A stretch of 64,000 bases of DNA from Rhodobacterales bacterium (GTDB taxonomy: Bacteria; Pseudomonadota; Alphaproteobacteria; Rhodobacterales; Rhodobacteraceae), in contig JAYSQA010000374.1 of the NCBI GenBank assembly GCA_043721775.1, forward strand, positions 7,940 through 71,939. The letters are read 5' to 3'. The translations under genes and the position numbers were made by a program. Below are positions 27,108 to 35,523 of the stretch, piece by piece. Under the pieces are notes generated by a model, which was given only the letters and a program-made list of their open reading frames with translations, was not told where the DNA came from and did not search any database. Numbering within the stretch: position 1 is the first letter of the stretch; each line of letters begins with the position of its first letter.

Positions 27108-27529
27108 TGAAACCGAACACACCGGCATACTCACTCGACCGTCAGGTTGGCTATCTGCTGCGTCGGGTGACGCAGCGGCACTTGTCGATTTTCAGCGCGG
27201 CGATCCCTGACCTGACCTCGACGCAGTTTGCCGCCCTTGCCAAGTTGGCGGAACTGGGGCCGCAAAGCCAGAACACGCTGGGGCGGGCGACGTCGATGGA
27301 TGCGGCGACGATCAAGGGCGTGGTCGACCGGCTGGTGCGCGATGGGCTGGTCGAGACGGCAGACGATCCGGACGACCGCCGCCGCCTGACCGTCAGCCTG
27401 ACCGAGGTGGGGGCAAGGCTTTACGCAGGCCGTGTTGCTGCGGCACAGCAAGTGACCTCCGATACGCTTTCCCCGCTGAACGAGGAAGAGCAAGCCATCC
27501 TGACAACACTTTTGTCGCGCCTGGCCTAG
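27107..27529 (+). CDS. MarR-family regulator (NicR-like)
   Basis: QVGYLLRR..QRH, LTSTQFAAL, SQNTLGRATSMDAATIKGVVDRL, DPDDRRR; divergent from the Mo hydroxylase operon. Confidence 0.9.
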   Translation: MKPNTPAYSLDRQVGYLLRRVTQRHLSIFSAAIPDLTSTQFAALAKLAELGPQSQNTLGRATSMDAATIKGVVDRLVRDGLVETADDPDDRRRLTVSLTEVGARLYAGRVAAAQQVTSDTLSPLNEEEQAILTTLLSRLA

Positions 27530-27598
27530 GTGACGCGTCGCAAACCGGCGCTTCTTCTGCGCGGCAGGCCTTAGGCTTACCCCAAACTGGAGAGCCAC

Positions 27599-29632
27599 AT
27601 GTCCAACGATCCCTTGCTGCAACCCTACACCCTGAAACACCTGACCCTGCGCAACCGGATCATGACCACCAGTCACGAACCGGCCTACCCCGAGGATGGG
27701 ATGCCGAAAGACCGCTACCGGCTGTACCATCTGGAGCGGGCCAAAGCGGGTGTGGCGATGGTAATGACGGCAGGCTCGGCCGCGGTGTCAAAGGACTCGC
27801 CCCCCGTGTTCAACAACGTCCTGGCCTACAAGGACGAAGTGGTGCCGTGGATGCGCCGGATTGCCGACGATTGCCACGAGGCGGGGGCTGCGGTGATGAT
27901 CCAGCTGACCCACCTTGGGCGGCGCACACGCTGGGACAAAGGGGATTGGCTGCCGGTGCTTGCGGCAGGGCCGGGGCGTGAACCCAGCCACCGGGCTTTT
28001 CCGAAGGTGATCGAGGATTGGGATATCGAACGTGTGATCTCTGATTTCGCCGATGCGGCGGAGCGGATGAAAGAGGCCGGACTCGATGGGGTGGAGTTTG
28101 AATGCTACGGGCATTTGCTGGATCAGTTCATGTCACCCATCACCAACGCTTTGCCCGCGCCCTATGGCGGAAGTCTGGAAAACCGGGCGCGCTTTGCGAT
28201 GGAGGTTCTGGCCGCCTGCCGCAAACGGGTTGGGGAAAAGTTCCTGCTGGGGATGCGCTATACGGCGGATGAGGTCGAGGCGGGCGGCATCAGTGCGGAT
28301 GAGGGCGTGGCGATAGGCAAGATGTTCCGCTCATCGGGGCTGGTGGATTTCCTGAACATCATCAAGGGCCGTATCCATACCGATGCGGCGATGACCGATG
28401 TGATCCCGATCCACGGCATGAAAAGCGCTCCGCACCTGGATTTTGCAGGCCGCATGAAGGCCGAGGTCGGCATGCCCACATTCCACGCCGCCCGCATTCC
28501 TGATGTGGCGACGGCCCGGCACGCCATAGCCTCGGGCCAATTGGATATGGTCGGCATGACCCGGGCCCATATGGCCGACCCCCATATCGTGCAAAAGATC
28601 ATCGCGGGGCGCGAGCATGACATTCGCCCCTGTGTCGGGGCAACCTATTGCCTTGACCGCATCTATCAGGGCGGCATGGCGCTTTGCATCCACAATCCCG
28701 CCACGGGCCGTGAAGAAACCATGCCGCACACGATCAAACCAGCAGCCACCAGGCGGCAGGTTGTGGTGGTGGGGGCCGGTCCTGCGGGACTGGAGGCCGC
28801 CCGGGTGGCGGCAGAACGTGGCCACAAGGTTACCGTGTTCGAGGCCGCTGCCGAAGCGGGCGGTCAGGTGCGCTTGCTGGCCCGGACAAAACGCCGGGCC
28901 GAGATGATTGGCATCATCGACTGGCGCATGGCGCAGTGCGCTGCTTTGGGGGTAGAGTTCCGCCTCAACACCTGGGCCGAGGCCGCCGATATTACTCCGT
29001 TGAACCCCGATGTGGTTATCGTGGCGACAGGGGGGATGGCGCAGAAAGACATCCTGTCATCGGGCAATGACCTGACGGTTTCCGCCTGGGACATTCTGTC
29101 AGGCGATGTGAAGCCGGGGCAAAACGTGCTGCTGTATGACGATGCGGGCGACCATACCGCGCTTCAGACGGCGCAACTGCTGGCGGAAGCGGGGGCTACG
29201 GTGGAAGTGATGACCCCTGACCGCACCTTTGCCCCCGACGTCATGGCGATGAACCTTGTGCCCTACATGCGGGCAATCCAGGGTAAGGCGGTGACCTTTA
29301 CCGTGACCTACCGTCTCACCTCGGTTGAACGAGACGGCAACCGGATCAAGGCAACGATTGACAGTGACTATAGCAAACTGGGGATTACCCGGCACTTTGA
29401 TCAGGTCGTAGTCAACCATGGCACGTCGCCGCTGGACGAGGTGTACTTTGCCCTGAAGCCGCATTCGGTCAACCTTGGGGCGGTGGATTACGATGCCTTG
29501 ATCGCCAGCCAACCGCAGACGCTTGGCGGCGGTCCGGCCGGATTCCAACTGTTCCGCATCGGTGACGCGGTTGAGGCGCGCAACATCCACGCAGCAATCT
29601 ACGATGCCTTGCGGTTGGGCGTTGCAATCTAA
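27599..29632 (+). CDS. Two-domain NADH:flavin oxidoreductase (OYE barrel + FeS + FAD), StcD/HpbA N-methylproline-demethylase-like
   Basis: DPLLQPY..LRNRIMTTSHEPAY, YGHLLDQF, IRPCVGATYC..CIHNP, VVGAGPAG, IGDA..RNIHAAIYD; RBS GGAG. Confidence 0.8.
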   Translation: MSNDPLLQPYTLKHLTLRNRIMTTSHEPAYPEDGMPKDRYRLYHLERAKAGVAMVMTAGSAAVSKDSPPVFNNVLAYKDEVVPWMRRIADDCHEAGAAVMIQLTHLGRRTRWDKGDWLPVLAAGPGREPSHRAFPKVIEDWDIERVISDFADAAERMKEAGLDGVEFECYGHLLDQFMSPITNALPAPYGGSLENRARFAMEVLAACRKRVGEKFLLGMRYTADEVEAGGISADEGVAIGKMFRSSGLVDFLNIIKGRIHTDAAMTDVIPIHGMKSAPHLDFAGRMKAEVGMPTFHAARIPDVATARHAIASGQLDMVGMTRAHMADPHIVQKIIAGREHDIRPCVGATYCLDRIYQGGMALCIHNPATGREETMPHTIKPAATRRQVVVVGAGPAGLEAARVAAERGHKVTVFEAAAEAGGQVRLLARTKRRAEMIGIIDWRMAQCAALGVEFRLNTWAEAADITPLNPDVVIVATGGMAQKDILSSGNDLTVSAWDILSGDVKPGQNVLLYDDAGDHTALQTAQLLAEAGATVEVMTPDRTFAPDVMAMNLVPYMRAIQGKAVTFTVTYRLTSVERDGNRIKATIDSDYSKLGITRHFDQVVVNHGTSPLDEVYFALKPHSVNLGAVDYDALIASQPQTLGGGPAGFQLFRIGDAVEARNIHAAIYDALRLGVAI

Positions 29633-29704
29633 GGTTGTCAAAGCGCTGAACATCCTTGCTTTCTTTCCGCGATAAGCGGTTTCCCTCCGACGCCCCCCGG
29701 CGAA

Positions 29705-29720
29705 TTGACGCTTCGTTAAC
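29705..29720 (+). promoter_or_regulatory. CtrA-like box within a near-perfect palindrome
   Basis: TTGA-cgcttcg-TTAAC; overlaps TGACGCTT-CGTTAACG-C-AAGCGTCA (29706-29730). Confidence 0.6.
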
Positions 29721-29782
29721 GCAAGCGTCACGCAATGGTGACGCGGTCTGCCACAAAGTCATCGGCAAACACGGGGGGAAAG

Positions 29783-30679
29783 ATGATGTCATCGCAGCGG
29801 ATCGTCGAGACCGTTCAAGTCGCGCTGATTTCCTCGGGGCCGCATGCCAATCTGGCAACCGGCCACCTGGCGCGGCACTTCGGTCTGAAGATTGCCGAGG
29901 CCGAGGCGCTGCTGACGCGGGGGTGTGGTGTGCTTGCGCAGGATATCCCGCGCGCCACTGCACGTGCCGCAATTCCGGTGCTGGCAGCATTGGGGTTGCA
30001 CGTCGAACTTGTGACCAAGAACGCCGAACCCATGATCGAGCGGTTTGATCTGTCCGTACGTCTGAAGAAGACGGAAGCCATACATCTTGTCCGGTCAACT
30101 CTGGCCCGTCTGGGAAGGCCGGGTGATGTCTCGACTGCCGACTTTCGAGGTCCGGCCGGATTGGAGATTGCTGGACTGCCGCGTGCCAAGGCAGAGGACT
30201 GCTGCGCCGCATTGCGCGCGCTTCCCGGGGTAAGTGTGACACAGTGCGGGCAAAGTGGTGCGGCTTACGATGTGTTCGCCCCGATCAATGGGCTTGGGGC
30301 AGAGATGGCGCAAATTCTGCGGCACATCTCGGTTCTGGCCTGCTCTGCCAAGGATCACTGCCCGCAGATTGCCGTCAACCTTGATCGCCACATGCTGACG
30401 TGTATTTTGGCGCGATTTCCAAAGGCCGGGTTGATCGGCGTCAATCAGGCATTCCAGCGCTATCACCTGACGCTGACCGGACCGGGCCGCATGTCCGGCC
30501 GGGACCTGGCGGATTTCCTTGCGACGCGGGGTTGCAGCTCCGCCGATACGATCGAGGCCGTGACCGCCCGTCGCGCGTTGCGCCTTGAAAGCGGGCTGAC
30601 GCGGGCGGCGGCCAAGCAGTTCGTTGCAGACTATGCGATGATCGGCATGACGGTGCGCGCAGATCTGGCCCGAAGCTGA
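29783..30679 (+). CDS. Hypothetical protein made of about four L7/L12-CTD/ClpS-like repeats
   Basis: 298 aa from ATG 29783 after a GGGGGAAAG RBS (ORF track starts at 29735); repeated pattern ending ..GL.R..A......L...G..V. Confidence 0.6.
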   Translation: MMSSQRIVETVQVALISSGPHANLATGHLARHFGLKIAEAEALLTRGCGVLAQDIPRATARAAIPVLAALGLHVELVTKNAEPMIERFDLSVRLKKTEAIHLVRSTLARLGRPGDVSTADFRGPAGLEIAGLPRAKAEDCCAALRALPGVSVTQCGQSGAAYDVFAPINGLGAEMAQILRHISVLACSAKDHCPQIAVNLDRHMLTCILARFPKAGLIGVNQAFQRYHLTLTGPGRMSGRDLADFLATRGCSSADTIEAVTARRALRLESGLTRAAAKQFVADYAMIGMTVRADLARS

Positions 30680-30722
30680 CCTGATGCGGGGCTGACCTGA
30701 TGCGGGGCTGACCTGATGCGGG
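30675..30722 (+). repeat. Perfect tandem repeat, 3 x 16 bp (GCTGACCTGATGCGGG)
   Basis: Copies at 30675, 30691 and 30707, followed by partial GCGGACC; overlaps the stop of the upstream ORF. Confidence 0.95.
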
Positions 30723-30752
30723 GCGGACCAAAAGCCGATAAAATGCCAAGGG

Positions 30753-30768
30753 TTAAGCCCGGATTAAC
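30753..30768 (+). promoter_or_regulatory. CtrA box upstream of motB
   Basis: Perfect TTAA-gcccgga-TTAAC. Confidence 0.85.
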
Positions 30769-30800
30769 GCCATTCCGCTAAAGTCGGCCTTGGGTAGACT

Positions 30801-31655
30801 ATGGGTGTGGGAATGGCCGGGCAATCAAATGCCGCGCCAGTCATCATCAAACGCAAGAAGGTCATAATCGGCGGCGGACACCACGGTGGGGCGTGGAAGG
30901 TTGCTTACGCAGATTTTGTGACGGCCATGATGGCCTTCTTCATGCTGATGTGGCTTTTGGGCGCGACGACGGAAAAACAACGCAAGGGCATCGCGGATTA
31001 CTTCAATCCGACGATCCCGATCAACCGTGTCTCGGGCGGCGGTGACGGTGCCTTTGGCGGCGAGTCGATCTTCAGTGACAAGACCCTGGCCAAGAATGGC
31101 ACCGGGCAGTCGGCGGCACAGCCGGGCGATGAACAGAAATCCGGCGGGGTCGGTGGCAACGCTGCCGGGACGGACAAGGCAGCCGAAGATGCCAGCCTCA
31201 AACGACTGCAAAGCAAGCTGGAGGGTAAGGGCGGCGAAAGCCAGACCATGGACAGCCTGCTAAGCCACGTCGTCACCAAAGTCACCGATGAGGGGCTGGT
31301 GATCGAGATGTTTGACGTTGAGGGCAGCCCGCTTTTCGCAAACGACTCCGCAGTGCCAAGCGAAACATTACAAGGAATTACCGCTCTTTTGTCGGATGTT
31401 TTAGGACAAACCCGAAATGCCATCGCGGTGGATGGCTATGTCCACTCTTATCCGGTGATGATGGTTCGGAATCCGATGTGGGATTTGTCGTCGTCGCGGG
31501 CGCAGGTTGTCCGGCAACTGCTTGAAAATGCTGGGATGCCGACTGACCGAATCGCGCGAATCAGCGGGCATGCCGACCGCAAGCCGGCCACTGCGGACCC
31601 GACCGCGATGCGCAACAACCGAATCGAGGTCATCCTGCTGCGCAAGAACCGGTAA
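30801..31655 (+). CDS. motB: Flagellar stator protein MotB
   Basis: HGGAWKVAYADFVTAMMAFF; OmpA-like C-terminus WDLSSSRA..NNRIEV; alternative start 30813. Confidence 0.95.
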   Translation: MGVGMAGQSNAAPVIIKRKKVIIGGGHHGGAWKVAYADFVTAMMAFFMLMWLLGATTEKQRKGIADYFNPTIPINRVSGGGDGAFGGESIFSDKTLAKNGTGQSAAQPGDEQKSGGVGGNAAGTDKAAEDASLKRLQSKLEGKGGESQTMDSLLSHVVTKVTDEGLVIEMFDVEGSPLFANDSAVPSETLQGITALLSDVLGQTRNAIAVDGYVHSYPVMMVRNPMWDLSSSRAQVVRQLLENAGMPTDRIARISGHADRKPATADPTAMRNNRIEVILLRKNR

Positions 31656-31674
31656 GCCGGTTGGGTTTTACCTG

Positions 31675-31689
31675 TTAGGCTAATCTTAA
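31675..31689. promoter_or_regulatory. CtrA-like box upstream of flgE
   Basis: TTAG-gctaatc-TTAA. Confidence 0.65.
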
Positions 31690-31742
31690 GTCGGAGCGTT
31701 CAACTTGAACTGGTAAGGTCGAGCTGCAGAAAGGCGCTATCG

Positions 31743-33047
31743 ATGACGATTTCCTCTTCGCTGAATGCGGGGGTGGCAGGGTTGAACGCGAATGCCAACC
31801 GTCTGGCAACCATTTCAGACAACATCGCGAACTCCTCTACCTTTGGCTACAAGCGCGCAACGTCCGAGTTTTATTCGGTCGTCGTGCATGGTGACCTCAG
31901 CACCGCCTATTCGGCGGGTGGCGTGCGGTCGACCAGCTTTCGTCTGATTGACGAACACGGGCCGCTGATTGGTACGTCCAATCCGACCGACCTTGCCATT
32001 GACGGGCGTGGCTTCATGGCCGTCACCACGATTGACGCGGTCAATCGTGGGGTGGGTGATCTGCCGATTTCGCTGACCACGACAGGCTCGTTCAAGGCGG
32101 ATGCCGACGGTATCCTGCGCACGCCGACCGGTCAGGTTCTGATGGGATGGCCGGCCAACCCGGACGGCACACTGTCGAACTTCCCGCGTGACACGATGAA
32201 GGCGATGTCACCGGTCAAGCTGGACCAGAACCAGTATGTGTCGAACCCGACGACCAAGATGTCGCTGGGTGCCAACCTGCCAGCGACAGCGACGCAAGCC
32301 GGGGCCAATGGCCTGACCTATCAGATGTCGGTGCAATATACCGGCAATCTTGGCACACAAGAGACGTTGCATTACGTCTTCACGCCGTCAGTTCCGGCGA
32401 CAGGCGCGTCGAACACCTGGAACATGACCATCGCCGATTCGGCGTCAAGCAACGCGGTCATCGCCGAATACAACATCACCTTCGACAGCAGCCAAAGCGC
32501 TGGCGGAACCCTGGCTTCGATCACGACCGTTACCGGGGCAGACTATGACGCTGGCACCGGGGTCATTTCGCTGGCAGTTGGTGGCGGCAATGTCGACCTT
32601 GATATCGGGGCGGTCGGCGTGACCGGCGGCATGACCCAGCTATCCGAAAGCTTTGCGCCGATTGGCAAGGCCACGAACGGCACCCCGGTTGCGCGCCTGG
32701 TTGGGGTCGAAATTGACGACAACGGGTATCTTCATGCCAACTACGACCAGGGCTTTTCCAAGGTCATCTATCAGATTCCCGTAGTGGACGTGCCCAACCC
32801 GAACGGTCTGGCCTCGCACAGCGACCAGACCTATCAGCTTTCGGCGGAATCGGGACCGTTCTATCTGTGGGATTCGGGCGATGGGCCAACCGGTAAGATG
32901 GTTGGCTATTCCCAGGAACAATCCACCACGGATGTCACCTCGGAACTGACCAATCTGATCACGACGCAGCGTGCCTATTCCTCCAACGTCAAGGTGATTC
33001 AGACGGTGGACGAGATGCTGCAAGAAACCGCCAACCTCAAGCGATAG
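31743..33047 (+). CDS. flgE: Flagellar hook protein
   Basis: ISDNIANSSTFGYK, DLAIDGRGF, ELTNLITTQRAYSSN. Confidence 0.95.
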   Translation: MTISSSLNAGVAGLNANANRLATISDNIANSSTFGYKRATSEFYSVVVHGDLSTAYSAGGVRSTSFRLIDEHGPLIGTSNPTDLAIDGRGFMAVTTIDAVNRGVGDLPISLTTTGSFKADADGILRTPTGQVLMGWPANPDGTLSNFPRDTMKAMSPVKLDQNQYVSNPTTKMSLGANLPATATQAGANGLTYQMSVQYTGNLGTQETLHYVFTPSVPATGASNTWNMTIADSASSNAVIAEYNITFDSSQSAGGTLASITTVTGADYDAGTGVISLAVGGGNVDLDIGAVGVTGGMTQLSESFAPIGKATNGTPVARLVGVEIDDNGYLHANYDQGFSKVIYQIPVVDVPNPNGLASHSDQTYQLSAESGPFYLWDSGDGPTGKMVGYSQEQSTTDVTSELTNLITTQRAYSSNVKVIQTVDEMLQETANLKR

Positions 33048-33056
33048 GAGAGTTAG

Positions 33057-34514
33057 GTGACAATCGGCGGAACTCTTGCCAGCGCCCTTTCCGGCCTTAC
33101 GGCCGCGTCCAAACGGGCAGAGCTGGTTTCATCCAACATCGCGAATGCGACGACGCCGGGCTATGGCCGACGGCAATTGCAGGTCACTGCGCGCACGGTT
33201 GGCACCAGCGGGCAAGGGGTTGCGATTGTCGGCGTCGACCGCTCCGTCAATCCGGCGCTGATCAGCGACCGCAGGCTTGCGCAATCGGCACAGGGGCAGG
33301 CGGACACCAAGTCCGCCTTCTACCAACGCATCGAAACGCTGATGGGGACGCCAGATCAGGCCTATTCCGTCAATGGCCGTGTCGCAGCGCTAGATACTGC
33401 CCTGACCGAGGCCGTTTCACACCCCGAGGCTGAGCCTCGGCTGAACGCGGTCCTGAATGCGGCCAAAGGTGTGGCCACCAGCATTGTGGCCATCGGCAAG
33501 GATATCCAGTACGCCCGAACCGCCGCCGATACGGAAATTGCAAGCCAGGTGCAGCAACTGAACGCCGCGCTGGAACGGACCTCGAAGTTGAACGTTCAGA
33601 TTCGCAGGGGTTTCGGCGTCGGACAAGACACTTCTGCCCTTCAGGACCAGCGCCAGCAGGTGATTGACCAGATCGCCAAAATCGTGCCGCTGCGGGAAGT
33701 TCAGCAAAGTGATGGGTCTGTTTCGCTTTACACCACGACAGGTGGGGTGCTGGTTGACGGCATCCCATCGGTCTTCGGTTTCACCAGAACCTCGGTGATT
33801 TCCCCTGCCATGACACTGCAATCGGGCGGCCTATCGGGGCTGACGTTGAATGGCGTCACCACGGCAACTGCGGGCGAATCTTCTGTTATTCTTGGTGGGT
33901 CTTTGGCCGGCAACTTTGCCGTTCGCGATGATTTGGCTGTCACGGCCCAAACGCAGATTGACGCGGTGGCGCGCGATCTGGTGGAACGCTTTCAGGACAG
34001 CGGACTTGACGCCACGCGGGCCACTGGCGATCCGGGCTTGTTCACGGACAGCGGCTTGGCTTTTGATCCGCAGAATGAGGTTGGCCTTGCCCAAAGACTG
34101 ACCGTCAACAGCAAGGTTGATCCCGCAAAGGGCGGCGCGCTTTGGCGAACTCGCGATGGTTTGGGTGCTTCTGTCCCTGGCATCGTCGGCAATAGCGCCC
34201 TGCTGACCGACCTGCGCAGCGCCCTGACGGCAGAACGTACCCCGGCGTCAGGCGGCTTCATGGCCGGTGCACGCAGTTTTTCGGCGCTGGCCAGCGATCT
34301 GCTTTCCACGACCGCCTCCAACAAACTTTCCGCGCAGGGTGAAGCGATCTATGCCGCCGCCCGGCTGGACACCTTCACCTCTATGGAGGCGCAGGGTGGC
34401 GTCGATACCGATCAGGAAATGCAGGACCTTTTGCAGATCGAACAAAACTATGCCGCCAATGCCAAGGTCATCAAAACCGTTGATGACATGATCAAAACCC
34501 TGATGGATATGTAA
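33057..34514 (+). CDS. flgK: Hook-associated protein 1
   Basis: SSNIANATTPGYGR, LQDQRQQ, GVDTDQEM..YAANAKVI. Confidence 0.93.
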   Translation: MTIGGTLASALSGLTAASKRAELVSSNIANATTPGYGRRQLQVTARTVGTSGQGVAIVGVDRSVNPALISDRRLAQSAQGQADTKSAFYQRIETLMGTPDQAYSVNGRVAALDTALTEAVSHPEAEPRLNAVLNAAKGVATSIVAIGKDIQYARTAADTEIASQVQQLNAALERTSKLNVQIRRGFGVGQDTSALQDQRQQVIDQIAKIVPLREVQQSDGSVSLYTTTGGVLVDGIPSVFGFTRTSVISPAMTLQSGGLSGLTLNGVTTATAGESSVILGGSLAGNFAVRDDLAVTAQTQIDAVARDLVERFQDSGLDATRATGDPGLFTDSGLAFDPQNEVGLAQRLTVNSKVDPAKGGALWRTRDGLGASVPGIVGNSALLTDLRSALTAERTPASGGFMAGARSFSALASDLLSTTASNKLSAQGEAIYAAARLDTFTSMEAQGGVDTDQEMQDLLQIEQNYAANAKVIKTVDDMIKTLMDM

Positions 34515-34515
34515 A

Positions 34516-35523
34516 ATGCCCAACATGACCGTCGGCGATATGGCGAAATCCCTGATCCTCAGCCGTCGGGGCATGAACCTTAAGAACGCCATGCAAGACC
34601 TGTCAACCGAGGCGACAACCGGCCTTGTGTCGGACCAGACCGAACGGTTGCGTGGCAACTATGTTCCCATCGCCGGGATCGAGGCCAGCCTGTCGCAGCT
34701 GGACGCCTATCACACCGTAACGTCCGAAACGCAGGTCATAGCCAGCGTGATGCAGACAACACTGGGCACGATCAATGATCAGTCCAAAGCGGTCAGTTCG
34801 GCCCTGCTCGCCGGTTCGTCTGGTACATCGGCGTTGCAGATCAACGCGATAGGCAATGAGGCTTTGCACCGCTTGGACACCGTGATGTCGGTGTTGAACA
34901 CAAGGTTGGGCGAACGTTCGTTGTTTGCGGGCCAAAGCACCGATGCCACCTCGGTGGCCAGTTCCGATACGATGCTGACGGCGCTTGAAGGCGCCATTTC
35001 CTCGGCCGGGGCGGTTTCGGCCAGTGATGTCACGACGGCGGTGAACGCCTGGTTTGATGACCCATCGGGCTATGCAGCCACCGTCTATCAAGGCGGAGAT
35101 GTCCTTGGGCCAGTGCCCATCGGCCCCGACCAGACGGCGCAAATTGATGTCACCGCCAAAGATCCGGCGATTATACAGACCCTGAAGGGCCTTGCGCTGG
35201 CGGCGCTTTTGGGGCGTGGCGTGCTGGCCGGAAGCGATGTAGCAAGGGCCGATCTGGCCAAGCGGGCCGGTGAAAGCCTTGCTGGGTCGCAAAGCATTAT
35301 CGTCCAGCTTGGTGCCCGCCTCGGCACAACCGAGGCGACGGTTGAAAATGCCGCGACCCGCAACGATGCCGAGAAGGACGTGCTGCAAACCGCGCGCCTG
35401 AACCTTCTGTCGGTTGATCCCTACGAGACGGCTGCGAAGTTTCAGGAAACCCAAGGCCAGTTGCAGACGTTGTATGCCCTTACCGCGCGCGCCTCGCGCC
35501 TTAGCCTGGTGGATTTCCTTTGA
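34516..35523 (+). CDS. flgL: Hook-associated protein 3 (flagellin-like)
   Basis: Follows flgK; LNTR..RSLFAG, VDPYETA, RLSLVDFL. Confidence 0.85.
   Translation: MPNMTVGDMAKSLILSRRGMNLKNAMQDLSTEATTGLVSDQTERLRGNYVPIAGIEASLSQLDAYHTVTSETQVIASVMQTTLGTINDQSKAVSSALLAGSSGTSALQINAIGNEALHRLDTVMSVLNTRLGERSLFAGQSTDATSVASSDTMLTALEGAISSAGAVSASDVTTAVNAWFDDPSGYAATVYQGGDVLGPVPIGPDQTAQIDVTAKDPAIIQTLKGLALAALLGRGVLAGSDVARADLAKRAGESLAGSQSIIVQLGARLGTTEATVENAATRNDAEKDVLQTARLNLLSVDPYETAAKFQETQGQLQTLYALTARASRLSLVDFL

Noticed and set aside
17044-27210. Long + strand ORFs opposite the catabolic operon (e.g. 17701-18759, 24887-25951, 26239-27210)
   Set aside because: Antisense shadows with no family motifs
30675-30722. 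Possible mini-CRISPR array
   Set aside because: Units are 16 bp and contiguous with no spacers; no cas genes in the window
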